Of a stretch of 10,175 nt of DNA, positions 1 to 7,489 are shown piece by piece (the stretch's first letter is position 1; every line of letters starts with the position of its first letter). The stretch spans positions 1-10,175 of IMG/VR virus record IMGVR_UViG_2703718840_000003; one strand, 5' to 3'. Below the pieces are notes generated by a model. It ran no database searches, had not been told where the DNA came from, and worked only from the letters and a program-made list of their open reading frames with translations. The stretch is from a virus (taxonomy: Duplodnaviria; Heunggongvirae; Uroviricota; Caudoviricetes). A program made the translations under genes and the position numbers.

Positions 1-2
1 AG

Positions 3-95
3 GCGGAGTTATCCCGCGTGGAGATAGTCGAGCTGCTCAGTCAGGAGTCGGAAAAATTTCACAATATCGGATTGTCTCGCGGGGAGGTGCTTTGA
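3..95 (+). CDS. C-terminal end of an upstream early-operon ORF (partial, starts before the window)
   Basis: Frame 3 is open from the window edge and ends at TGA 93-95 (...[30 protein letters not shown]), overlapping the next ATG at 95 in a TGATG arrangement. Identity not determinable from 31 residues. Confidence 0.4.
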
Positions 96-397
96 TGTCC
101 TGTTCTCGTTCAGTTGTATTACTGAATAACGCCTTAAAAATCACCGTTATGAAAAATGGCGATTTATCTCTTATTCAACTTGGTCTTGATAAAGAAAAAC
201 GCGAAATAACTGAGTCTGTTATCGCGATTTATCAGAACGAATTAAATCTCCTGTCTGATGTGGTCAATTTACTTGTTAAACGCGCTGTATTTCACAAGCA
301 AATCTCCTCCGTGGATGAACTGACGAAATTAACGACAGAAATTGCCAGCTATTGCGCTGATGAATTTAAAAAACTTAACGACAAAAGGAGCTGGTAA
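95..397 (+). CDS. Hypothetical small protein of the P2-type early/replication operon (orf81-like)
   Basis: ATG at 95 preceded by GGAGG at 82-86 (7-nt spacer); the six-frame track starts this ORF at TTG 92, one codon earlier. Stop TAA 395-397 overlaps the next ATG (TAATG). Position and coupling match the orf80-83 block upstream of gene A in P2; function unknown. Confidence 0.65.
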   Translation: MSCSRSVVLLNNALKITVMKNGDLSLIQLGLDKEKREITESVIAIYQNELNLLSDVVNLLVKRAVFHKQISSVDELTKLTTEIASYCADEFKKLNDKRSW

Positions 398-621
398 TGC
401 CGGACAACGTAGATTTTATTCAGGAACAACAGGCTGAATTACTGGAGCGTCAGATTAACGCGGCAAGGGTAAAACATTGCGGTGCTTCTGCGCTGGTTTG
501 CGAAGAGTGTGACGCGCCAATACCTGCTGCCCGTCGTGCGGCTTATCCGTCAGCCACGCGTTGTGTTTCCTGCCAGTCAGTCTTTGAAGCAAAAAACAAA
601 CATTACCGGAGAACGGCATGA
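397..621 (+). CDS. TraR/DksA-family C4 zinc-finger protein (P2 orf82-like)
   Basis: 74 aa with CxxC-(17)-CxxC (CEECDAPIPAARRAAYPSATRCVSCQ) near the C-terminus, typical of TraR/DksA zinc fingers. ATG 397 overlaps the upstream stop; stop TGA 619-621 overlaps the next ATG at 618 (ATGA). Confidence 0.8.
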   Translation: MPDNVDFIQEQQAELLERQINAARVKHCGASALVCEECDAPIPAARRAAYPSATRCVSCQSVFEAKNKHYRRTA

Positions 622-893
622 GTATTCGTATTGAAATTGGCGAACGTTATGTCGTTACCAGTGACAGCTTTCAGTTTATTCTCCACGAGAAAAAGAGAGC
701 GGAAAGCGGTAAAAACGCCGGTCAGGAATGGCTGGCGGTGGTTGGTTATTATCCGAAATTAAGCCAGCTCGTTTCCGGCCTGATGCATCACGATATTCTG
801 ACCGGAAGCGCAAAGTCTTTTGCTGATTTAAACGCGCAGGTTGAGCAACTCAGCAGGCGTTGTTCAGAGGCTTTTGGCTCATATGGCCGTTAA
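618..893 (+). CDS. Hypothetical protein (P2 orf83-like), last small ORF before gene A
   Basis: 91-aa ORF translationally coupled to the preceding gene; its 3' end overlaps the gpA start at 883 by 11 nt. No recognisable catalytic motif. Confidence 0.65.
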   Translation: MSIRIEIGERYVVTSDSFQFILHEKKRAESGKNAGQEWLAVVGYYPKLSQLVSGLMHHDILTGSAKSFADLNAQVEQLSRRCSEAFGSYGR

Positions 894-3156
894 AGCCTCC
901 GGGCGTTTTGTCCCTCCGTCAGCATTTGCTGCAGGCACCGGTAAGGCGTTTACCGGTGCTTATGCATGGAACGCGCCACGCGAGGCCGTCGGGCGCGAAA
1001 GATCCCTTACACGTGACGAGATGCGTCAGGTGCAAGGTGTTTTATCCACGATTAACCGCCTGCCTTACTTTTTGCGCTCGCTGTTTACTTCACGCTATGA
1101 CTACATCCGGCGCAATAAAAGCCCGGTGCACGGGTTTTATTTCCTCACATCCACTTTTCAGCGTCGTTTATGGCCGCGCATTGAGCGTGTGAATCAGCGC
1201 CATGAAATGAACACCGACGCGTCGTTACTGTTTCTGGCAGAGCGTGACCACTATGCTCGCCTGCCGGGAATGAATGACAAGGAGCTGAAAAAGTTTGCTG
1301 CCCGTATCTCATCGCAGCTTTTCATGATGTATGAGGAACTCAGCGATGCCTGGGTGGATGCGCATGGCGAAAAAGAATCGCTGTTTACGGATGAGGCGCA
1401 GGCTCACCTCTATGGTCATGTTGCTGGCGCTGCACGTGCTTTCAATATTTCCCCGCTCTACTGGAAAAAATACCGTAAAGGGCAGATGACCACGAGGCAG
1501 GCATATTCTGCCATTGCCCGTCTGTTTAACGATGAGTGGTGGACTCATCAGCTTAAAGGCCAGCGTATGCGCTGGCATGAAGCGTTACTGATAGCTGTCG
1601 GGGAGGTCAATAAAGACCGTTCTCCTTATGCCAGTAAACACGCCATTCGTGATGTGCGTGCGCGCCGCCAGGCAAATCTGGAATTTCTTAAATCGTGTGA
1701 CCTTGAAAACAGGGAAACCGGCGAGCGCATCGACCTTATCAGTAAGGTGATGGGCAGTATTTCTAATCCTGAAATTCGCCGGATGGAGCTGATGAACACC
1801 ATTGCCGGTATTGAGCGTTACGCCGCCGCAGAGGGTGATGTGGGGATGTTTATCACGCTGACCGCGCCGTCAAAGTATCACCCGACTCGTCAGGTCAGAA
1901 AAGGCGAAAGTAAAACCGTTCAGCTTAATCACGGCTGGAACGATGAGGCATTTAATCCAAAGGATGCGCAGCGTTATCTCTGCCGCATCTGGAGCCTGAT
2001 GCGCACGGCATTCAAGGATAATGATTTACAGGTCTACGGTTTGCGTGTCGTCGAGCCACACCACGACGGAACGCCGCACTGGCATATGATGCTTTTTTGT
2101 AATCCACGCCAGCGTAACCAGATTATCGAAATCATGCGTCGCTATGCGCTCAAAGAGGATGGTGACGAAAGAGGAGCCGCGCGAAACCGTTTTCAGGCAA
2201 AGCACCTTAACCGGGGCGGTGCTGCGGGATATATCGCGAAATACATTTCAAAAAATATCGACGGCTATGCACTGGATGGTCAGCTCGATAACGATACCGG
2301 TAAGCCGCTTAAAGATACTGCCGCGGCTGTTACCGCATGGGCGTCAACGTGGCGCATCCCGCAATTTAAAACGGTTGGACTGCCGACAATGGGGGCTTAC
2401 CGTGAACTACGCAAATTGCCTCGCGGCGTCAGTATTGCTGATGAGTTTGACGAACGCGTCGAGGCTGCTCGCGCTGCCGCAGACAGTGGTGATTTTGCGT
2501 TGTATATCAGCGCGCAGGGTGGGGCAAATGTCCCGCGCGATTGTCAGACTGTCAGGGTTGCCCGTAGCCCGTCGGATGACGTTAACGAGTACGAGGAAGA
2601 AGTCGGGAGAGTGGTCGGCATTTACGCGCCGCATCTCGGCGCGCGTCATATTCATATCACCAGAACGACGGACTGGCGCATTGTGCCGAAAGTTCCGGTC
2701 GTGGAGCCTTTGACTTTAAAAAGCGGCATCGCCGCGCCTCGGAGTCCTGTCAATAACTGTGGAAAGCTCACCGGTGGTGATACTTCGTTACCGGCTCCCA
2801 CGCCTTCTGAGCACGCCGCAGCAGTGCTTAATCTGGTTGATGACGGTGTTATCGAATGGAATGACCCGGAGGTCGTGAGGGCGCTCAGAAGCGCATTAAA
2901 ACACGGCCTGAGAAGACCAAACCGTCAGCAAAGAAACGGAAGCCCGTTAAAACTGCATGAAATAGCGCCATCGGCCAGACTTACCCGGTCGGAACGAATG
3001 CAAATTACCCGTATCCGCGTTGACCTTGCTCAGAACGGTATCAGGCCGCAGCGATGGGAGCTTGAGGCGCTGGCGCGTGGGGCAACCGTAAATTATGACG
3101 GGAAAAAATTCACGTATCCGATTGCTGAAGAGTGGTCGGGATTTTCCTCAAACTAA
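883..3156 (+). CDS. A: Rolling-circle replication initiation endonuclease gpA (HUH superfamily)
   Basis: 757-aa ORF from ATG 883 (the track's 841 start is an upstream in-frame TTG). Contains HUH motif HWH (nt 2077-2085, VEPHHDGTPHWHMMLF) and paired tyrosines YIAKY at residues 450/454 (nt 2230-2244), matching the recalled P2 gpA active-site tyrosines. N-terminus MAVKASGRFVPPSAF matches recalled P2 A. Stop TAA 3154-3156. Confidence 0.93.
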   Translation: MAVKASGRFVPPSAFAAGTGKAFTGAYAWNAPREAVGRERSLTRDEMRQVQGVLSTINRLPYFLRSLFTSRYDYIRRNKSPVHGFYFLTSTFQRRLWPRIERVNQRHEMNTDASLLFLAERDHYARLPGMNDKELKKFAARISSQLFMMYEELSDAWVDAHGEKESLFTDEAQAHLYGHVAGAARAFNISPLYWKKYRKGQMTTRQAYSAIARLFNDEWWTHQLKGQRMRWHEALLIAVGEVNKDRSPYASKHAIRDVRARRQANLEFLKSCDLENRETGERIDLISKVMGSISNPEIRRMELMNTIAGIERYAAAEGDVGMFITLTAPSKYHPTRQVRKGESKTVQLNHGWNDEAFNPKDAQRYLCRIWSLMRTAFKDNDLQVYGLRVVEPHHDGTPHWHMMLFCNPRQRNQIIEIMRRYALKEDGDERGAARNRFQAKHLNRGGAAGYIAKYISKNIDGYALDGQLDNDTGKPLKDTAAAVTAWASTWRIPQFKTVGLPTMGAYRELRKLPRGVSIADEFDERVEAARAAADSGDFALYISAQGGANVPRDCQTVRVARSPSDDVNEYEEEVGRVVGIYAPHLGARHIHITRTTDWRIVPKVPVVEPLTLKSGIAAPRSPVNNCGKLTGGDTSLPAPTPSEHAAAVLNLVDDGVIEWNDPEVVRALRSALKHGLRRPNRQQRNGSPLKLHEIAPSARLTRSERMQITRIRVDLAQNGIRPQRWELEALARGATVNYDGKKFTYPIAEEWSGFSSN

Positions 3157-3328
3157 TAATGATGTTTGACAAAGAGATGTTGATGAGACTAAAAATTTTA
3201 TTTGTCTGTATAACCATTCGGTTAGAGTACAATAGTTCCGAGTGATAGGAATACAAATAATGACTAAGTTTTCAACATGCGATTATTATGGGTTGAATTA
3301 AAGGTAAATAACTATGTTAAATAATATA

Positions 3329-3361
3329 GGGCAAGAGGGTGTTCTTGCCCTTTGTTTATTT
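3329..3361. terminator. Intrinsic terminator hairpin, probably bidirectional
   Basis: Perfect 8-bp stem GGGCAAGA (3329-3336) / TCTTGCCC (3343-3350) with 6-nt loop, followed on plus by TTTGTTTATTT and on minus by TATATTATTT. Lies immediately 3' of the minus-strand SIR2 gene stop (3360-3362) and about 170 nt 3' of gene A. Confidence 0.6.
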
Positions 3362-5954
3362 AAGCGGCGATTTCAATGTTGCTTTTATATTTTAAGAGGG
3401 CGTTTTTGGGAACTGCTGGCCAGGCTGAGTATCTATAATAGTTCATATAATCTTTCTCTATCAGTGTTTTTAGCTGTTTGTTAGCTTGAACTTCATCGCC
3501 AAGTAAAAAGAATGCACACATGGCCGTAGCCCCTTTTGAATTGTTATGTGCTAAAACTGAATTTATCTCATTCTTTTTAATGTCTTGCCCTTCTTTTTTC
3601 TTGGCAACTTCTCTATTGATTATTAAAACATCTTTTTCCCTGTAATCTTTAATTTTTTCAAGGTTTTCATTAGCGATTTTAATTGTTTCTTTATAGTTTC
3701 CTGCAAGAAGATTGGTATAAGATTTTCCTAAGATATAATCACTAAACCCGTAACCTTTTTCATAAGCTTCATCAAGAAGAACTATCGCTTTATCATAATC
3801 GCCGTTTAAAGATGCAATATCAGATTTTAATTTTAAAATGGTGATTTCTGATTTGTTTCTTGGCAGGCTATCAATAAACTCCTCTGCCAATTTGATGTTG
3901 TTTTTATCAATTAGTAATATGTCTACAATACTGTTTGTATGATTATTTTTCCACGGGCAGTTCATGGCTTCTTTGACTAATTCAATACCAGCTTTGATGT
4001 CCCTGTTGCAGCCTATCTCATATCGAGCTTTAAATATAATGAAAGGAGCAATTCTTGCAATGTCGCTCTCTTCTTCATATTTATCAATAAAGCCTTTCAT
4101 CAGGTTGGGAGTGTTTTCATCGAAGTCTGTTTCAAATAAAGATAGATGCAGTTGTGTTAAATATTTTAATATGTTTCTTTTTTTATTTTTTGATGATGTT
4201 TTGTAAGCGTTGGATAATGTATCTATGCATAATAATGTATCTTCTTTCTTTTGCAATGCGCAGGTGAAATCAGTATATAACGACAAATATGTATCGTGAG
4301 TAGGGTTGACCTCTTTTATTTTGTCAAGCAGTTCTTGTATTAATTTATTACAATCTTTCTTATCATGGCTTGATTGATGTTTTGTCTTTATTGCGTCATA
4401 TTTTATTCTCCATGCAATATTATCCAGATCACTGCTTTGGAGTAAGCTTTTATCAATTAAATCATGTATTTCATCAAAGGTTATTAATTCTTCATCATTA
4501 TTTTCTAGATGTAGAATAGCAATTCTGCTTAAATGATTCTTAAGATTTATGCTATATGGGAATTTTTCAAGCAATCCCTTAAGGTAATGTATTTTTGCCT
4601 TTAGATCTGTGAATATGTTTGCCCTTGAAAGGGCGTAATTTATATTAAATTCATCAAGAGCTATAAGATTATCACTAATTTCTAATGCTGACTTTGTGTC
4701 TTTTTGTTCTTCTTTTATTTCAATTAGCCTACGCAGATATTTAGACTTTATATTGTCACTATCAGCGTTATTGATTAATTCATTCAGTTTTGACTCTGCG
4801 TTTAAATAATTTTTATTTCTAATGAGGTTGTCAATGTATAACAAATTCTTAAAATCTTCTTCGGGGATCTTTTGATCGTCTAAATCACTTTGGGATAGCT
4901 CGTTTATTAATGACGATATGTCATGTGTTAGAGTGTGTTTTTTTAATTTTGAGAGGTCAGATTTGATAATGCCATTTTTAGATAAGTTGTACTCATCTGT
5001 TATAAAGTTTTGGATCATCATCTCTCTTTTTGTGGATTTTTGATTCCCTCCAAAAGAGAGTGCGCAGCCTAATTCTAGGGCTAGTTCTGCCATCAATTCA
5101 TCAAAACCTTCTATTTCTACCCAATAAACTTTATCTTGACCTAGAAGCCTAATAAGTTCTGGTGGGATGGAGTCATTTTTTCTAACGCACCAGTATACTC
5201 CATTTCTTAGGTAATCGTCCTGTTTTAATAAATGTTTTAAAACATCCATGATAGAGCTGTCATTGCCAGCATAACCAACAAAAATAATCCCGTATTCTTT
5301 AGTGAATTCAGTTAGTTTTTCACGAGTGTTACCTTCTAATGACTCGGTTTCTTTTAAAGAGCTTTTTATGCTATCAAATAAATAATCACCATGTAATTTT
5401 ATTATTTTTGGCCTTGAAGAAGTAATTGAGACGCCTTTAATTGATGAATCATGTGCACATAATAATGGTCTGTCAGAAGAAAATTGATAAAATGCTTCAT
5501 TTATTAAATCGTCAAAATTTGTTGTGAAGACAGTATCAAAAAACTTTGATTCAAATAGTTCAACGAGATAAGCATATCCAATTGAAGGTAATTTTTTGTC
5601 TACTTGAAGCTCAACAAATCTTCTGCGTTGAGATGGAAGATCAAATTTCTTTTCAAAAAGAGATGAGTATTCATTGTTTGGGTCGTACCAGACTGGATGG
5701 TTTTTGGATAGCCATTTTTTAGCTTCTTCGGCATCGACATATTCTTGATTAGATAGTCTTGTGTATATCTCTTCTCTCCATTTCGCTACTAACTCTTGAC
5801 CAGTTTTTATTCCAGATGTAACGGATGCGCCAGCACCAAGAAAAAGTGAATAGTTAGGTGATGTACCTGATTTGATTTTTATATAATCAGCTAAATCTTT
5901 AACGGTTCTTTTTTTGGCAACCAGTTGTTCCTTGGTAGTATCACGATCAGACAT
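3360..5954 (-). CDS. SIR2-like (sirtuin-fold NADase) domain protein with a large C-terminal alpha-helical/TPR-like domain; candidate single-gene anti-phage defence protein
   Basis: 864-aa minus-strand ORF, ATG at 5954-5952, stop TAA at 3362-3360. N-terminal about 300 aa carry SIR2 hallmarks: glycine-rich loop SLFLGAGASVTSG (res 37-48, nt 5811-5846), TTNFDDL with Asn146 (nt 5517-5519) and KLHGD with His188 (nt 5391-5393), an Asn-His spacing of 42. The remaining roughly 560 aa are K/N/I/E/D-rich, helix-like, with TPR-like stretches (e.g. GDYDKAIVLLDEAYEKGYGFSDYILGKSY). Strongly AT-rich codon usage unlike the flanks. Confidence 0.85.
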   Translation of the reverse strand: MSDRDTTKEQLVAKKRTVKDLADYIKIKSGTSPNYSLFLGAGASVTSGIKTGQELVAKWREEIYTRLSNQEYVDAEEAKKWLSKNHPVWYDPNNEYSSLFEKKFDLPSQRRRFVELQVDKKLPSIGYAYLVELFESKFFDTVFTTNFDDLINEAFYQFSSDRPLLCAHDSSIKGVSITSSRPKIIKLHGDYLFDSIKSSLKETESLEGNTREKLTEFTKEYGIIFVGYAGNDSSIMDVLKHLLKQDDYLRNGVYWCVRKNDSIPPELIRLLGQDKVYWVEIEGFDELMAELALELGCALSFGGNQKSTKREMMIQNFITDEYNLSKNGIIKSDLSKLKKHTLTHDISSLINELSQSDLDDQKIPEEDFKNLLYIDNLIRNKNYLNAESKLNELINNADSDNIKSKYLRRLIEIKEEQKDTKSALEISDNLIALDEFNINYALSRANIFTDLKAKIHYLKGLLEKFPYSINLKNHLSRIAILHLENNDEELITFDEIHDLIDKSLLQSSDLDNIAWRIKYDAIKTKHQSSHDKKDCNKLIQELLDKIKEVNPTHDTYLSLYTDFTCALQKKEDTLLCIDTLSNAYKTSSKNKKRNILKYLTQLHLSLFETDFDENTPNLMKGFIDKYEEESDIARIAPFIIFKARYEIGCNRDIKAGIELVKEAMNCPWKNNHTNSIVDILLIDKNNIKLAEEFIDSLPRNKSEITILKLKSDIASLNGDYDKAIVLLDEAYEKGYGFSDYILGKSYTNLLAGNYKETIKIANENLEKIKDYREKDVLIINREVAKKKEGQDIKKNEINSVLAHNNSKGATAMCAFFLLGDEVQANKQLKTLIEKDYMNYYRYSAWPAVPKNALLKYKSNIEIAA

Positions 5955-5957
5955 TTT

Positions 5958-5963
5958 CCCTCC
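5958..5963 (-). promoter_or_regulatory. Shine-Dalgarno sequence of the SIR2-domain gene
   Basis: Minus strand reads TATGGAGGGAAA-ATG; GGAGGG (plus-strand ccctcc at 5958-5963) sits 3-4 nt upstream of the ATG. Confidence 0.55.
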
Positions 5964-6266
5964 ATAAATTATGTGTGAGAAGTGAGAATAATCCTAGGTG
6001 CGGTTATTTTTACATGAAATTCAATGGGTTTTCGTTTTTCTTACATGCGTTTTGTGACTGAGATCAAGCTATGAGGGAGGAATGTTCTTTTATTGTTCGC
6101 TAGAGGCTAATTGGCTAATAAGCTTTTACTAATCGTTTATGATGTACCATAGCGTTGAATGATTTTGCATGCATTTGTCAGATGTTTACTGATGTTGTTA
6201 TGTCAGAGCTGGTGCGCTTTAGGTTATTTCATGCAACTGCATTAAAACCACCACATGAAGCGGGCG

Positions 6267-6285
6267 GGCGAGGCGGGGAAAGCAC
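6267..6285. other. Putative cos cohesive-end sequence of the P2/186 family
   Basis: GGCGAGGCGGGGAAAGCAC at 6267-6285 matches, from memory, the 19-nt cohesive end shared by P2, 186 and P4. It lies between the accessory island and portal gene Q, where cos sits in an integrated P2 genome. Not verified by search. Confidence 0.55.
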
Positions 6286-6427
6286 TGCGCGCTGGCGGTG
6301 GTGCTGATTTTATTTTTTCAGCGTCTGAGCGCGTCGTGATGGCGTTTAGATTGTGCGCCGGGGTGTTGGTGTGTCTGCGGGATGTTTTGTGCGGTGGTGA
6401 GCGTGTGAGGGCGTGATGACGGGGTGT

Positions 6428-6449
6428 AAAAAAGCCGCCCGCAGGCGGC
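6428..6449 (-). terminator. Intrinsic terminator downstream of portal gene Q (end of the leftward P-Q transcript)
   Basis: Stem GCCGCC (6434-6439) / GGCGGC (6444-6449) with 4-nt loop, preceded on plus by A6 (6428-6433), giving hairpin plus U6 on the minus-strand transcript 5 nt after the Q stop (6455-6457). Confidence 0.55.
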
Positions 6450-6454
6450 GATGT

Positions 6455-7489
6455 TCAGCCGTTGTCAGTGTCCAGTGAGTAGTTTTTAAAGCGGATGACC
6501 TCCTGACCGAGCCAGCCGTTTATCTCGCGGATCCTGTCCTGTAACGGGATAAGCTCATTGCGGACAAAGACCTTTGCCACTTTCTCAATATCACCCAGCG
6601 ACCCGACGTTCTCCGGCTTGCCGCCCATCAACTGAAAGGGGATGCGGTGCGCGTCCAGCAGGTCTGCGGCACTGGCTTTTTTGATATTAAAAAAATCGTC
6701 CTTCGTCGCCACTTCACTGAGCGGGATAATTTTAATGCCGTCGGCTTTCCCTTGTGGGGCATAGAGAAACAGATTTTTAAAGTTGTTGCGGCCTTTCGAC
6801 TTCACCATGTTTTCGCGAAGCATTTCGATATCGTTGCGATCCTGCACGGCATCGGTGACGTACATGATGTATCCGGCATGTGCGCCGTTTTCGTAATACT
6901 TGCGGCGGAACAGCGTGGCCGATTCATTCAGCCAGGCAGAGTTAAGGGCGCTGAGATATTCCGGCAGGCCGTACAGCTCCTGATTAATATCCGGCTCCAG
7001 CAGGTGAAACACGGAGCCGGGTGCGAAGGCTGTCGGCTCGTTGAAGGACGGCACCCACCAGTAAACATCCTCTTCCACGCCACGGCGGGTATATTTTGCC
7101 GGTGAGGTTTCCAGTCTGATGACCTTACCGGTGGTGCTGTAACGCTTTTCCAGAAACGCATTACCGAACACCAGAAAATCCAGCACAAAGCGGCTGAAAT
7201 CCTGCTGGGAAAGCCACGGATGCGGGATAAATGTCGAGGCCAGAATATTGCGTTTGACGTAAATCGGGGAGCTGTGATGCACGGCAGCACGCAGGCTTTT
7301 TGCCAGACCGGTAAAGCTGACCGGTGGCTCATACCATCTGCCGTTACTGATGCACTCAACGTAATCCAGAATGTCACGGCGGTCGAGTACCGGCACCGGC
7401 TCGCCAAAGGTGAATGCTTCCATTTTCGGGGCGCTGGCGGTCATTGTTTTTGCCGCAGGTCGCGGTGTTTTCCCTTTTTTCTTGCTCAT
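6455..7489 (-). CDS. Q: Portal (capsid vertex) protein gpQ
   Basis: 344-aa minus-strand ORF, the length recalled for P2 gpQ; placed between cos and the terminase gene as in P2. Start ATG 7489-7487 overlaps the stop of the upstream terminase ORF (TGATG on the minus strand). Confidence 0.88.
   Translation of the reverse strand: MSKKKGKTPRPAAKTMTASAPKMEAFTFGEPVPVLDRRDILDYVECISNGRWYEPPVSFTGLAKSLRAAVHHSSPIYVKRNILASTFIPHPWLSQQDFSRFVLDFLVFGNAFLEKRYSTTGKVIRLETSPAKYTRRGVEEDVYWWVPSFNEPTAFAPGSVFHLLEPDINQELYGLPEYLSALNSAWLNESATLFRRKYYENGAHAGYIMYVTDAVQDRNDIEMLRENMVKSKGRNNFKNLFLYAPQGKADGIKIIPLSEVATKDDFFNIKKASAADLLDAHRIPFQLMGGKPENVGSLGDIEKVAKVFVRNELIPLQDRIREINGWLGQEVIRFKNYSLDTDNG

Noticed and set aside
841-882. 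Upstream extension of the gpA ORF starting at TTG 841 (771 aa in the six-frame track)
   Set aside because: TTG start with no RBS; ATG at 883 gives the recalled P2 A N-terminus (MAVKASGRF) and places the catalytic tyrosines at 450/454.
860-2713. Track ORFs nested inside gene A (860-1192 +, 1309-1578 -, 2144-2713 +, 2407-2655 -)
   Set aside because: Alternate-frame or antisense ORFs inside a well-supported gene; R/S/C/L-rich translations typical of non-coding frames.
3159-3300. Small ORFs between gene A and the terminator (28-aa MMFDKEMLMRLKILFVCITIRLEYNSSE from 3159; 13-aa MTKFSTCDYYGLN from about 3260) and a consensus TTGACA at 3166-3171
   Set aside because: Too short, no convincing RBS for the first, and no good -10 partner for the TTGACA; could be a remnant of P2 orf91 but cannot be supported.
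3964-4206. 80-aa plus-strand ORF inside the SIR2 gene
   Set aside because: Antisense to a long well-supported ORF in AT-rich DNA, where spurious ORFs are common.
6076-6135. Possible 16-aa ORF after GGGAGG, and a direct repeat GGCTAAT-T-GGCTAAT (about 6106-6120)
   Set aside because: SD-to-ATG spacing of 2 nt is too short; the repeat is only 7 nt and could be chance. May be part of the promoter region of the SIR2 gene instead.
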